A DNA stretch of 64,000 bases from Elusimicrobiales bacterium (GTDB lineage Bacteria; Elusimicrobiota; Elusimicrobia; Elusimicrobiales; UBA9959). Under the pieces are notes generated by a model. The model did no database searches and had not been told where the DNA came from. It was given only the letters and a program-made list of their open reading frames with translations. Below, one piece after another: positions 31,674 through 39,597 of the stretch; position 1 is the stretch's first letter, and every line of letters starts with the position of its first letter. The translations under genes and the position numbers were made by a program. Location: NCBI GenBank assembly GCA_041665305.1, contig JBAYJD010000007.1:6512-70511 (forward strand). Direction: 5' to 3'.

Positions 31674-33335
31674 TTAAAACGCCGTGTTTATTCCGACGGT
31701 AACGCTTTTCTCGCGGAAGTCCCTGGCGGCGGTCGAGAAGGTGTAGTCGTTGAAACCCGCGCGAAGGAAGACCGTGGAATCGTTCAGTTTCGCCATAAGC
31801 CTCGGACGCCAGTAGGCGTTCAGCGCGGCGAAGAATTTTTCCGAATCGTCCGTGCCGGCGGCCGATTTGCGCAGCATGTTGCGTCCGAAGCGCAGGTCTC
31901 CGGTCAGGTTCGCGTCCGGGGCCTCGCAGCCCAGGCCGAGGGAATACTCGTAAAGTTTGTCGGCCGCCTCGGCCAGTTCGTCCTTTGAATACCAGGCGCC
32001 GAGGTTCATGGAAGGTTTCAGCACGACGGCGCCGGCCTGGAGGCGGGAGTTGAGGGAGGTGTTGAAGTTCACTTCATCGGCGTCGCGCACCGCCGTCTTG
32101 GTTTTGTAAAGCGTGAAGCCCAGGTTGGTGTCCGAATCGACTTCCCCGAAACGGTCGCGGTAGCCGGCGTTCATATAGTGGTCCGCCCCGCTTGAGCCTG
32201 CGCCGTATTTGCGGTCGAATTTATACGACAGTTCGGCGAAGGAATGGGGTCTGGAAGCGAAAGGCCTCTTTATGGCCGCGGAAATTTCCGGTTTCCAGTT
32301 GCTTGTCGTGCCGGCGGCGTTGCCGCCGTCGAGGTTGTTGCGGTACCAGAGGAGGCCTGAAGTGAGGGTCACCTGCTTCGTGTATTTATAGCGCCACCTG
32401 GTTTTTATCTTGCGGCGGTCCGGGCTGGCCGAGCCGAGGGGCGAGTAAAAGTCCGGTTCCACATTTTCGTATTCCACGGAAACCCGGCTGGGGTCGGCGT
32501 CGCCCACCAGCTCAAAGCGCGCCGCGTTGCCCTTTGACGACGCTTTGGCCGAGCCGGCGGAAGGCGAGAGTTCCGCGTCGGACAGGGAGTATTCCCCCGC
32601 CGCGGTCAGGCCCGGCATGGGAATATAATTAAAGTCCAGCGTGTAGTTCTTGGCGTCGTATAGCGGGTCCGCCGCGGCCGCCCTGCCGGTATCCTTCGCC
32701 GACACCGCGCTCAGCCCCGCCCAAAGACCGTCGTTAACGCTTTGTTTGACGCGCAGACCCGCGGCCCGGCGGTCGAGGGTGCGCGTTACGGGATCTTTCC
32801 AGAGCGAGTCCCAGCGGGGGTACGCCCAGCCCATGACCGCCGTCACTTCCGGCAGCGGGCTCCCGTTTTTTAAAAACCGGTATGAACCGCCCTTAAGCGG
32901 GGAGGCCAGCGCATATTGGGAGAAGGACTCGAAGACATCTCCCACGATGAGGGTATGGATGTTATTGGTGGCGCGGCCCTGGAGATTCGTCAGGGAAAGT
33001 TTTTTAGCGTCGTTGCGCGGATCGTCGGTGGCCTTTCCGCCCACGGCGTAATTATAGCTCCAGCCGCCCTTTGTGCCGAGGCCGTAAAGGTTCAGGACTT
33101 CAAGGTAGTTTCGGCCCTTGGTCAGCGAAGAGGCGTTTTTGCCCGCGCCTTCGATCTCGTTATTTACCACGGAGAATTCATTTGAAGCGTGGAGTTCGTT
33201 CGTGCGCGCCGGCTCCGGCTGCTGCGCGGCGGCCTCCTCCCGGGCGAAAGCGGGAACGGCGAACGCCAGTAGTATGGTAAGCGGAAGTTTAACGGCCGTA
33301 GTCATCGTTGATCTCCCTGCCCGCGTGTTCATCAT
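31674..33335 (-). CDS. outer-membrane beta-barrel protein (porin-like; family not recognised)
   Basis: 553 aa with a signal peptide ending AFAVPAFA. Alternating beta-strand pattern, Gly/Asn/Tyr-rich. C-terminal ...SVTVGINTAF ends in an aromatic residue, typical of OMPs. Confidence 0.6.
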   Translation of the reverse strand: MMNTRAGRSTMTTAVKLPLTILLAFAVPAFAREEAAAQQPEPARTNELHASNEFSVVNNEIEGAGKNASSLTKGRNYLEVLNLYGLGTKGGWSYNYAVGGKATDDPRNDAKKLSLTNLQGRATNNIHTLIVGDVFESFSQYALASPLKGGSYRFLKNGSPLPEVTAVMGWAYPRWDSLWKDPVTRTLDRRAAGLRVKQSVNDGLWAGLSAVSAKDTGRAAAADPLYDAKNYTLDFNYIPMPGLTAAGEYSLSDAELSPSAGSAKASSKGNAARFELVGDADPSRVSVEYENVEPDFYSPLGSASPDRRKIKTRWRYKYTKQVTLTSGLLWYRNNLDGGNAAGTTSNWKPEISAAIKRPFASRPHSFAELSYKFDRKYGAGSSGADHYMNAGYRDRFGEVDSDTNLGFTLYKTKTAVRDADEVNFNTSLNSRLQAGAVVLKPSMNLGAWYSKDELAEAADKLYEYSLGLGCEAPDANLTGDLRFGRNMLRKSAAGTDDSEKFFAALNAYWRPRLMAKLNDSTVFLRAGFNDYTFSTAARDFREKSVTVGINTAF

Positions 33336-33521
33336 GAAAGCAATGATAGCAAATTAGAAAAGGACCAAGGCTGATCGAATGGCGCAGGAATTATCCTGAA
33401 GGGTGCGGGACAGGCATAAAGGTTCAGGAGTCAGGGCATCAACGACCTCCTCTCGTAATTTAAAGGCGGTTAGCGGAATTGCTTCATCGTGAGAGGCGGG
33501 GGCCCATAATAAAGCGCAAAT

Positions 33522-33550
33522 TTGATATCATTAAGATGTATTTATACATA
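33522..33550 (+). promoter_or_regulatory. putative glnA promoter (TTGATA-17-TACATA) with an embedded palindrome ATGTATTTATACAT
   Basis: TTGATA 33522-33527, TACATA 33545-33550, perfect 6-nt inverted arms at 33536-33549. About 23 nt upstream of the glnA ATG. Confidence 0.4.
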
Positions 33551-33572
33551 TTCCATTGAGAGGTGGTTTCGT

Positions 33573-35069
33573 ATGAGCGGAGCGAAGATCAGCGCCAACA
33601 GGCTCGCGGCGTCTTTGAACAAATCCCCGGACCTGTTCACCAAAAAAGATATTATTTCCTTTGTCAGGGCCAACGGGATAAAAATGGTCAATTTCCGCTA
33701 TATAGCGGGGGACGGCCGCCTGAAGACGCTGAACTTCGTCATTAACGACGAAAAATATCTGGACCGGATACTTTCCGCGGGCGAACGCGTGGATGGCTCC
33801 AGCCTTTTCAGGAATATCGACGCCTCCTCCAGCGACCTTTATGTGGTGCCGCGTTACAGGACGGCTTTCATCAACCCGTTTTCAGAAGTTCCGGCGCTGG
33901 ATCTCCTTTGCTCCTTTTATACGCCCGACGGCGCGCCGTTCGTCAACGCCCCGGCCGAGATCCTGCGCCGCGCGTCGGCGGAACTCCGTCAAACTTCCGG
34001 CTTCGACCTTCACGCGCTGGGCGAGCTTGAGTACTATATAATCTCCCCCAGGAACCCGCTCTATCCGATGAGCGCGCAAAAAGGTTATCACGAATCGCAC
34101 CCTTTCGCCAAATGGGAAGGGCTGCGGTCCGAGGCCATGGCGGCCATCGCGGAAGCGGGCGGAAAAATAAAGTACGGCCATTCCGAAGTCGGATTTATCC
34201 GCACCGAGGACCTGGAGATGAACCAGCAGGAGATAGAATTCCTGCCGGTGCCGGCCTCGGACGCGGCAGACCAGCTGGCCGTGGCAAAATGGATCCTCTC
34301 CTCCATAGGCCACAAATACGGCGTCACGCTTTCTTTCGCGCCCAAGATCTCTATCGGCCACGCCGGCTCCGGCCTGCATTTCCACACCGCGCTCATGAAG
34401 AACGGCAGGAATATGATGATAGAGAACGGCGCGATCTCCGCTCCCGCCCAGAAGCTTATCGCCGGTTTCCTGTCGCAGGCTAAATCGCTGACCGCTTTCG
34501 GCAACACAGTGCCGACCTCGTACTTCCGCCTGGTGCCGCACCAGGAAGCTCCTATCAGCGTTTGCTGGGGTTACCGGAACCGTTCGGCGCTGGTGCGCAT
34601 CCCGCTCGGCTGGCTGAAAGCCAACAATATGATAAAGGACGCCAATCCGAGGGCGGCCAAAGACACCGCTCCGGTCGAGCACCGCCAGACCGTGGAATTC
34701 CGCTCGGCCGACGGTTCCGCCAACCTGCATCTTTTTATGGCGGGCCTTTGCGTGGCCGCCAGGCAGGGTTTCGAGATGAAAGACCCGCTCGGATACGCGA
34801 AAAAACTTTTTGTGGAAAAAAATATCTCCCATGCCGAGCACAAGAGCCTCAACGAGTCCCTGCCCAAGCTGCCGGCGTCCTGCTATGAGTCCGCCCAGGA
34901 ACTGGAGAAGGCGCGCGGAATATACGAGGGTAAGGGCGTGTTCACGCCGGTCGTCATAGACGGGCTTATCAAGCGGCTTAAGGGTTATGACGACCGCAAT
35001 CTCAGCGAGCGGCTTTACGGCAAGGAAGAGGAGATAAAGAAACTGGTGGACGAATTCCTGTATTGCTGA
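33573..35069 (+). CDS. glnA: glutamine synthetase
   Basis: ORF 33522-35069. The likely start is ATG 33573 (MSGAKIS) after GAGAGGTGG. Motifs GELEYYI, KISIGHAGSGLHFHTAL and NRSALVRIP are typical of GS. Confidence 0.9.
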   Translation: MSGAKISANRLAASLNKSPDLFTKKDIISFVRANGIKMVNFRYIAGDGRLKTLNFVINDEKYLDRILSAGERVDGSSLFRNIDASSSDLYVVPRYRTAFINPFSEVPALDLLCSFYTPDGAPFVNAPAEILRRASAELRQTSGFDLHALGELEYYIISPRNPLYPMSAQKGYHESHPFAKWEGLRSEAMAAIAEAGGKIKYGHSEVGFIRTEDLEMNQQEIEFLPVPASDAADQLAVAKWILSSIGHKYGVTLSFAPKISIGHAGSGLHFHTALMKNGRNMMIENGAISAPAQKLIAGFLSQAKSLTAFGNTVPTSYFRLVPHQEAPISVCWGYRNRSALVRIPLGWLKANNMIKDANPRAAKDTAPVEHRQTVEFRSADGSANLHLFMAGLCVAARQGFEMKDPLGYAKKLFVEKNISHAEHKSLNESLPKLPASCYESAQELEKARGIYEGKGVFTPVVIDGLIKRLKGYDDRNLSERLYGKEEEIKKLVDEFLYC

Positions 35070-35101
35070 GAAAGGAAACGGCAGGCCTGCGAGTGCGCGG
35101 G

Positions 35102-35223
35102 CGCCGGGGGCGCGGGGCTGCCGGGCACGCTATCGTCCACACAGTGGCCGCGCTCCCGCTCAGCCTCGGCGCTTGCGTAAGCCTCGGCTTGCGCGACGGC
35201 CCGTCAGCCCCGCGCCCCCGGCG
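35102..35223. repeat. 25-bp GC-rich inverted repeat (24/25 complementary) enclosing a 72-nt loop
   Basis: CGCCGGGGGCGCGGGGCTGCCGGGC (35102-35126) vs GCCCGTCAGCCCCGCGCCCCCGGCG (35199-35223). Additional outer pairing CGGCAGGC 35079-35086 / GCCTGCCG 35241-35248. Confidence 0.75.
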
Positions 35224-35370
35224 TCCGCTCCAATTTATTCGCCTGCCGCGTGCTTAATATTTAACATGATCCCACCCTTAATTATGGTAAAGCACAATTA
35301 TCCCGCCCGGTGGTTTCTGCAATCTTACAACGGCAGTCCTAGAAAAATTTAAGGAAACGACAGGCCTGAT

Positions 35371-35403
35371 AAAAATTTTTGCGGCAAAAATTTTTACCAT
35401 AGC
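35371..35403 (+). repeat. A5T5 palindrome element, copy 3 (AAAAATTTTTGC-G-GCAAAAATTTTT + ACCATAGC)
   Basis: Core identical to copy 2. Lies between the convergent glnA and DUF155-like genes. Confidence 0.9.
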
Positions 35404-35421
35404 CCGGCCTTTAGGGCGGGT

Positions 35422-36570
35422 TTACCTGCCGAACAGCTTTATCAGGAATTCAAGATTTATGTATTGTTTGAAGGCCATGAACATCGGCACCATCTCCAGC
35501 GCGATCAGCACGATGATGATGATCTCCAGCCAGTGGCTGCGCTTGGAATTGACTTCGCCCTGAAGCAGCTGCGTGATGTCGGCGAGGGTTTTCATCTTGC
35601 GCGAGATGCTTTTGCGCCAGTCGTCGAAACGGAACTGCTCGGCGCTGGAACGGAACACGGTGGCCAGATAGGGGTCTCCCACGGTCTTTAGCGAATTTTC
35701 TATCCGGCCCAGAAATTCGGAGAACTCTATATATTTTGTGCTGGATTCTTCGGCGATATCCGCGTAAAAATTCTTGAAAATATTTATTATGCCCTCTTTT
35801 TTTTGTTCTATGGTGTCATAGAGCTCGTCCAGCTTCAGATTAAGCAGGTCGTCATAGTAGCGGAATTCCAGGAGGTGGGTCAGGGAGAATTCAATGACAT
35901 CCGCCACATCGCGCTGGCCGTCCGGCTCCACCAGGAGCGCCGAGTTCCAGTCGATGACGGCCAGGTCGTTGTCTGCGTACTGCAGCACATTTTCCGTGAT
36001 CAGGTCCCTGGATGTTTCCGACAGCGCTTCCCGGCCTTCGGCCAGGATAAGGGCGGGTATATCCGCTTTTTCGAGCAATTCCCGAGGGTTCTTCACCCCT
36101 TCCAGTTTTTCTATGAAATAAGTGATGTAATCTTCGTGGGCGCCCCATTCCGTGGGGCGCTTGATGGCGCCCAGGATCTTTTTTTTAAGGGCGTCTTTTT
36201 CCGCCGCGGCCGCCGTATGGATCTGGTCGGAGGACTCTATTCCGCCGGCCAGCGCCACAAGTCCCGCCCAGGAAGTGCCCTCCGTTATGGGCAGCTCAAG
36301 CGTTATTGAAATAACGCCGTAGTCCCAGATGCGGGCGAAAGTCTTGGCGGAAAAGTCCGCGCCCGCCAGGACCAGGGTAGTCGAGCCCAGCTCCACCTTC
36401 AGCGGTGCTTCCTTGATTATTATGGCCCTGCGCGTGTCCGTGGCCAGAGAGAGCCTGAGACTTTTCGAATCCTCGCTCAGCAGTTCCTCGGCTTTGGACA
36501 TGAGAATCTCGCCGCCCACGTCGAATACGCGGTGGATCAGGATGGAACCTTTCAGTATTTTGACGGGCAT
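35422..36570 (-). CDS. hypothetical protein with one C-terminal TM helix (possibly DUF155 / RMD1 family)
   Basis: 382 aa, with C-terminal WLEIIIIVLIALEMVPMFMAF. The family assignment is from memory of overall architecture only. Confidence 0.4.
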   Translation of the reverse strand: MPVKILKGSILIHRVFDVGGEILMSKAEELLSEDSKSLRLSLATDTRRAIIIKEAPLKVELGSTTLVLAGADFSAKTFARIWDYGVISITLELPITEGTSWAGLVALAGGIESSDQIHTAAAAEKDALKKKILGAIKRPTEWGAHEDYITYFIEKLEGVKNPRELLEKADIPALILAEGREALSETSRDLITENVLQYADNDLAVIDWNSALLVEPDGQRDVADVIEFSLTHLLEFRYYDDLLNLKLDELYDTIEQKKEGIINIFKNFYADIAEESSTKYIEFSEFLGRIENSLKTVGDPYLATVFRSSAEQFRFDDWRKSISRKMKTLADITQLLQGEVNSKRSHWLEIIIIVLIALEMVPMFMAFKQYINLEFLIKLFGR

Positions 36571-36619
36571 AAGCGGGTCGGAGAGCCGGCGGGCCGGAGA
36601 AGTCCGGAGGCCGGCGGCG

Positions 36620-37210
36620 TCATTTTATCACTTCTTCTATGCCCTGGATTATGGGCTTGTCGAATTCCGGGTCGTAGCCCGCCCAGACATTGTGGACCGC
36701 ATGGGTCTTGTTCAGCAGGAAGATGTACGGCACTCCCTGGGTCTTGTATTTGCGGGAGACCGCCGCGCCGCCGTAGGCGACGGGGAAGGTCAGGCCGAAA
36801 GCTTTAGCGAAGGCCTCGGCGGCGGAGGCTTCGTCTTCCACGCACACGCCGATAACGCCGAGCCCTTTGGGCGAATATTTTTTGTTCATCGTTTCGATGA
36901 AAGGCGCGGCCTTCCGGCAGAACGGACAGTGCTCGGTAAAGAACATCACCATAACGGGTTTGCCGGCGTAAGCCGCCAAGTCTATCTCCCCGCCCTTGTA
37001 GTCGGGCAGTTTAAAGTATGATTCGGTCCTGGTATAAGCCTTCTCCGGCTTTTTCGCAGCCGTTCTTTTTTCCGGGCCGGCGACTGCCTGCGCGGTCGTT
37101 TCCGAGCGCACCTCGGCCGCGGTCACGGGGGTTTCGTTCTTCTTGCAGCCGTAATAGCCGAAAGACGCCGCATAAACCGCGGTAAGCGTCAAAATCTTCA
37201 CTTTGTTCAT
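36620..37210 (-). CDS. TlpA-like thioredoxin-fold thiol-disulfide oxidoreductase, exported
   Basis: 196 aa. N-terminal signal with Cys (FGYYGC). Redoxin motif MVMFFTEHCPFCRKAAP (CxxC). Confidence 0.8.
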   Translation of the reverse strand: MNKVKILTLTAVYAASFGYYGCKKNETPVTAAEVRSETTAQAVAGPEKRTAAKKPEKAYTRTESYFKLPDYKGGEIDLAAYAGKPVMVMFFTEHCPFCRKAAPFIETMNKKYSPKGLGVIGVCVEDEASAAEAFAKAFGLTFPVAYGGAAVSRKYKTQGVPYIFLLNKTHAVHNVWAGYDPEFDKPIIQGIEEVIK

Positions 37211-37234
37211 GGTTCGGGTCTCCTTGTCTCCTGC

Positions 37235-38476
37235 CTATTGTATTATTTTTCTGAGCGCGTCCAAAGCGAAATTTACGGCGCAGCGCTTGATCTGGACGCG
37301 CGTGCGGCGGAAAGTGCGGGTGAAGGTCCGGGTTTTCAGGCCGGGTCCGGCCACGGCGAAATAGACCAGTCCTACCGGCTTTTCCTTTGTCCCCCCCTCA
37401 GGCCCCGCGATGCCGGTGACGGAAACGGCGTAATCCGTTTTAAAAAGGCGCCGGGCGCGGCCTGCCATCTCCGCCGCGCATTCCGCCGACACCGCTCCGT
37501 GCTTCGTTAGAATGCTCCGCCTGACGCCGAGCACGGTTTCCTTGGCTTTATTGGAATAGCAGACCACGCCGCCCATGAAATATGCGGAGCTGCCTGGGAC
37601 ATTCGTAAGCGCGTCGCCTATCGCTCCTCCCGTGCAGGATTCCGCCGTGGAGAGGGTGGCTTTGTTTTTTTCCAACAGGGCTCCCACGGTCCCTTCAAGG
37701 GTGGCCTCCCCGGTTCCGTAGATCCTGCCGCCCAGGATCTTCCGGCAGGCGTTTTCTATCCTGGCAAGCCTGCCGCCGGATTCGTCCGGCGTGCGTCCCG
37801 CGACCGTGAAATCGAATTCCACGATATCGGCTCCGGCCAGTACGGTGTAGTCGGCGTTCGGGAATCCGCGCATCACGGGGGCCAGGAGCTGTTCGGCGGC
37901 CACTTCACTGAGGCCGGCGATCTTCAGGCGCAGGGTTTTGATCGTTCCCTCTTTTATTTTAAAGAATTCCTTGATCTCGTCGGCCATGAAGGCGTCGAAC
38001 ATCGGCGTCCACTCGCTTTGGGGGCCCGGCAGGACCGCTATCATTTTTTTGCCGAGGGTAAGCACCTGTCCGAAAGCGGTGCCGTTGGCGTTTTCCACCA
38101 TTTTGGCCCCGTCTATTATGAGGCACTGGTCTTTAAAATTCGGCGGCAGTTTGTGCAGCCTGTAATCGCTTTTAAGTATCTGTTCGGCGTATTTCGAATA
38201 ACGCAGCTTCCGGCCGAGCGCTTTCGCGACTCCCTGGCGGGTGAGGTCGTCGAAGGTCGGGCCGAGGCCGCCGCAGGTGATCACCAGGTCGGCGTTGTTC
38301 AGGCCGCAGGTAACGAGCCTGGCGATGGCCTTAAGATCGTCCCCGACGGAGTGCTCCCGGTATATTCGGAAGCCTAGCCTGCGCAGCCTGGACGCGAAAA
38401 GCGGCACATAGCGGTTGCTCTTGCTTGAAACCAGTTCGGAACCGGTGCAGATAAGTTCGGCCTTTTTAAAATCCAT
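37235..38476 (-). CDS. cinA: CinA-family protein (MoCF-binding domain + nicotinamide-nucleotide amidase PncC domain)
   Basis: 413 aa. N-terminal ELICTGSELV...VITCGGLGPTFDDLT. C-terminal LSTAESCTGG...VSVTGIAGPEGG. Confidence 0.9.
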   Translation of the reverse strand: MDFKKAELICTGSELVSSKSNRYVPLFASRLRRLGFRIYREHSVGDDLKAIARLVTCGLNNADLVITCGGLGPTFDDLTRQGVAKALGRKLRYSKYAEQILKSDYRLHKLPPNFKDQCLIIDGAKMVENANGTAFGQVLTLGKKMIAVLPGPQSEWTPMFDAFMADEIKEFFKIKEGTIKTLRLKIAGLSEVAAEQLLAPVMRGFPNADYTVLAGADIVEFDFTVAGRTPDESGGRLARIENACRKILGGRIYGTGEATLEGTVGALLEKNKATLSTAESCTGGAIGDALTNVPGSSAYFMGGVVCYSNKAKETVLGVRRSILTKHGAVSAECAAEMAGRARRLFKTDYAVSVTGIAGPEGGTKEKPVGLVYFAVAGPGLKTRTFTRTFRRTRVQIKRCAVNFALDALRKIIQ

Positions 38477-38574
38477 AGTGATAAGTTACAAAAAAAGGCG
38501 GTTAAAAGAAAGCCGGCCTACCGCGTGTCCGCGCGTATTTTGCGCTTCTTTGCGGTTAAAAATTATAGAATGGA

Positions 38575-38931
38575 GTGAAATACGAGTCTGGAGGGATTGT
38601 GATAAAAGAAACGCTTTTAAAAATAGAATCGGCGATAGCCAGGATACAAGCCGCCGACGGCAAAGAAAAAGCCGAACTGGTCGCGCTTCTGAGAAAACTT
38701 AAGGATGAGCTGGCGGACCTGCCCGAATCCAGCCTGGATGACGCGCGCAGTATCGCCCATTTCACAGAAACCGCCGCCCATGAGGTTACCCGCTCCAACA
38801 AAAGCCTGGAACGCAGCAACCTTTCCATCTCCGGAATGGCTTACTCGGTAAAGGGTTTTGAGGCTTCCCATCCAGCCTTGGTGGAACTGACCAACGAGAT
38901 CTGCATGATGCTCGCCCGCATGGGCATATAA
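38575..38931 (+). CDS. DUF4404-like small protein
   Basis: The C-terminal FEASHPALVELTNEICMMLARMGI resembles the DUF4404 C-terminus. The start may be GTG about 38599, after GGAGGG. Confidence 0.5.
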   Translation: MKYESGGIVIKETLLKIESAIARIQAADGKEKAELVALLRKLKDELADLPESSLDDARSIAHFTETAAHEVTRSNKSLERSNLSISGMAYSVKGFEASHPALVELTNEICMMLARMGI

Positions 38932-38954
38932 GACAGGCGCGCGGCGGGGCCGGG

Positions 38955-39326
38955 TTAGAGCGCCTGGCGGATGTGCGTCATTATTACGGCCATATCGCAG
39001 GTCTTTGAAAGAACGCCGCGGACCTGGGGGTAGCGGGCCACATCGGAGCGGCTCCGCGTGGTAAAGTGGGTGGCTGTGACCACTATGACCGGGATGGCGG
39101 ACAGGTTCCCGTCCTTTTGAAATTCTTCAAGCATCTGGATCCCGTCGAGTTCCGGCATCCCTATATCCGTTACCAGGAGATCCGTGTGTGCGGCGAGGCA
39201 CAGCCTCAGCCCGTCGCGGCCGTTAAGTCCGACCACCACTTCGTAGTCGGTTTCAAGATCCGCGGCGATCAGGGAGGCGAAGACTTCGTTGTCATCCAGC
39301 ACCACTATCCGCTTTCTCTTTTCCAT
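38955..39326 (-). CDS. single-domain CheY-like response regulator
   Basis: The ORF extends to 39434, but the REC domain begins at MEKRKRIVVLDDNEVF (ATG 39326). Also DLLVTDIGMPELDG and VIVVTA. Confidence 0.8.
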   Translation of the reverse strand: MEKRKRIVVLDDNEVFASLIAADLETDYEVVVGLNGRDGLRLCLAAHTDLLVTDIGMPELDGIQMLEEFQKDGNLSAIPVIVVTATHFTTRSRSDVARYPQVRGVLSKTCDMAVIMTHIRQAL

Positions 39327-39553
39327 TAACGACAGTATACCAAACAGAACAGCGGCTGGTGAATAGCGCGGCCTGCGGACGGGTGTCGCGGCCGCGCTCC
39401 TGAAACCTTTCCGCCCGCCTCCAGCTGCCCCCATATGGCGGCCTTTAAGCTTAGCAAAAGAGCAACGGCAGGCATATGATTTTGATCAACCTCCTTGCCG
39501 CCCGCCGTCCCCCTAAAACTTTATAGCCATGGGTCTAAAGACCTATATGTCTA

Positions 39554-39572
39554 TGGGTCCTTTGGCCCTTAC
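39554..39572 (+). promoter_or_regulatory. conserved 19-nt upstream motif TGGGTCCTTTGGCCCTTAC
   Basis: Exact reverse complement of 3764-3782. Followed by TTACAT-17-TAGTAT (-10 at 39592-39597). A looser copy, GGGCCTTGGCCCTTA, lies at 40708-40722 upstream of ppdK. Confidence 0.35.
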
Positions 39573-39597
39573 ATGTTTAGTGCCAATTAACTAGTAT

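Noticed and set aside
33336-33572. Possible glutamine riboswitch (glnA RNA motif) upstream of glnA; likewise a T-box upstream of tyrS (50200-50389)
   Set aside because: I could not find the conserved glnA-motif core (CGUUCA...GGAAGUAGG...AAGGAACG), or a T-box specifier/antiterminator (AGGGUGGNACCGCG-like) sequence.
33882-34841. 319-aa minus-strand ORF antisense to glnA
   Set aside because: An antisense artefact with no recognisable motifs.
38549-38573. TTTGCGGTTAAAAATTATAGAATGG, resembling the right half of the A5T5 palindrome element
   Set aside because: Only about 18 of 25 positions match and the second arm is missing. This cannot be distinguished from chance AT-rich promoter sequence without statistics.
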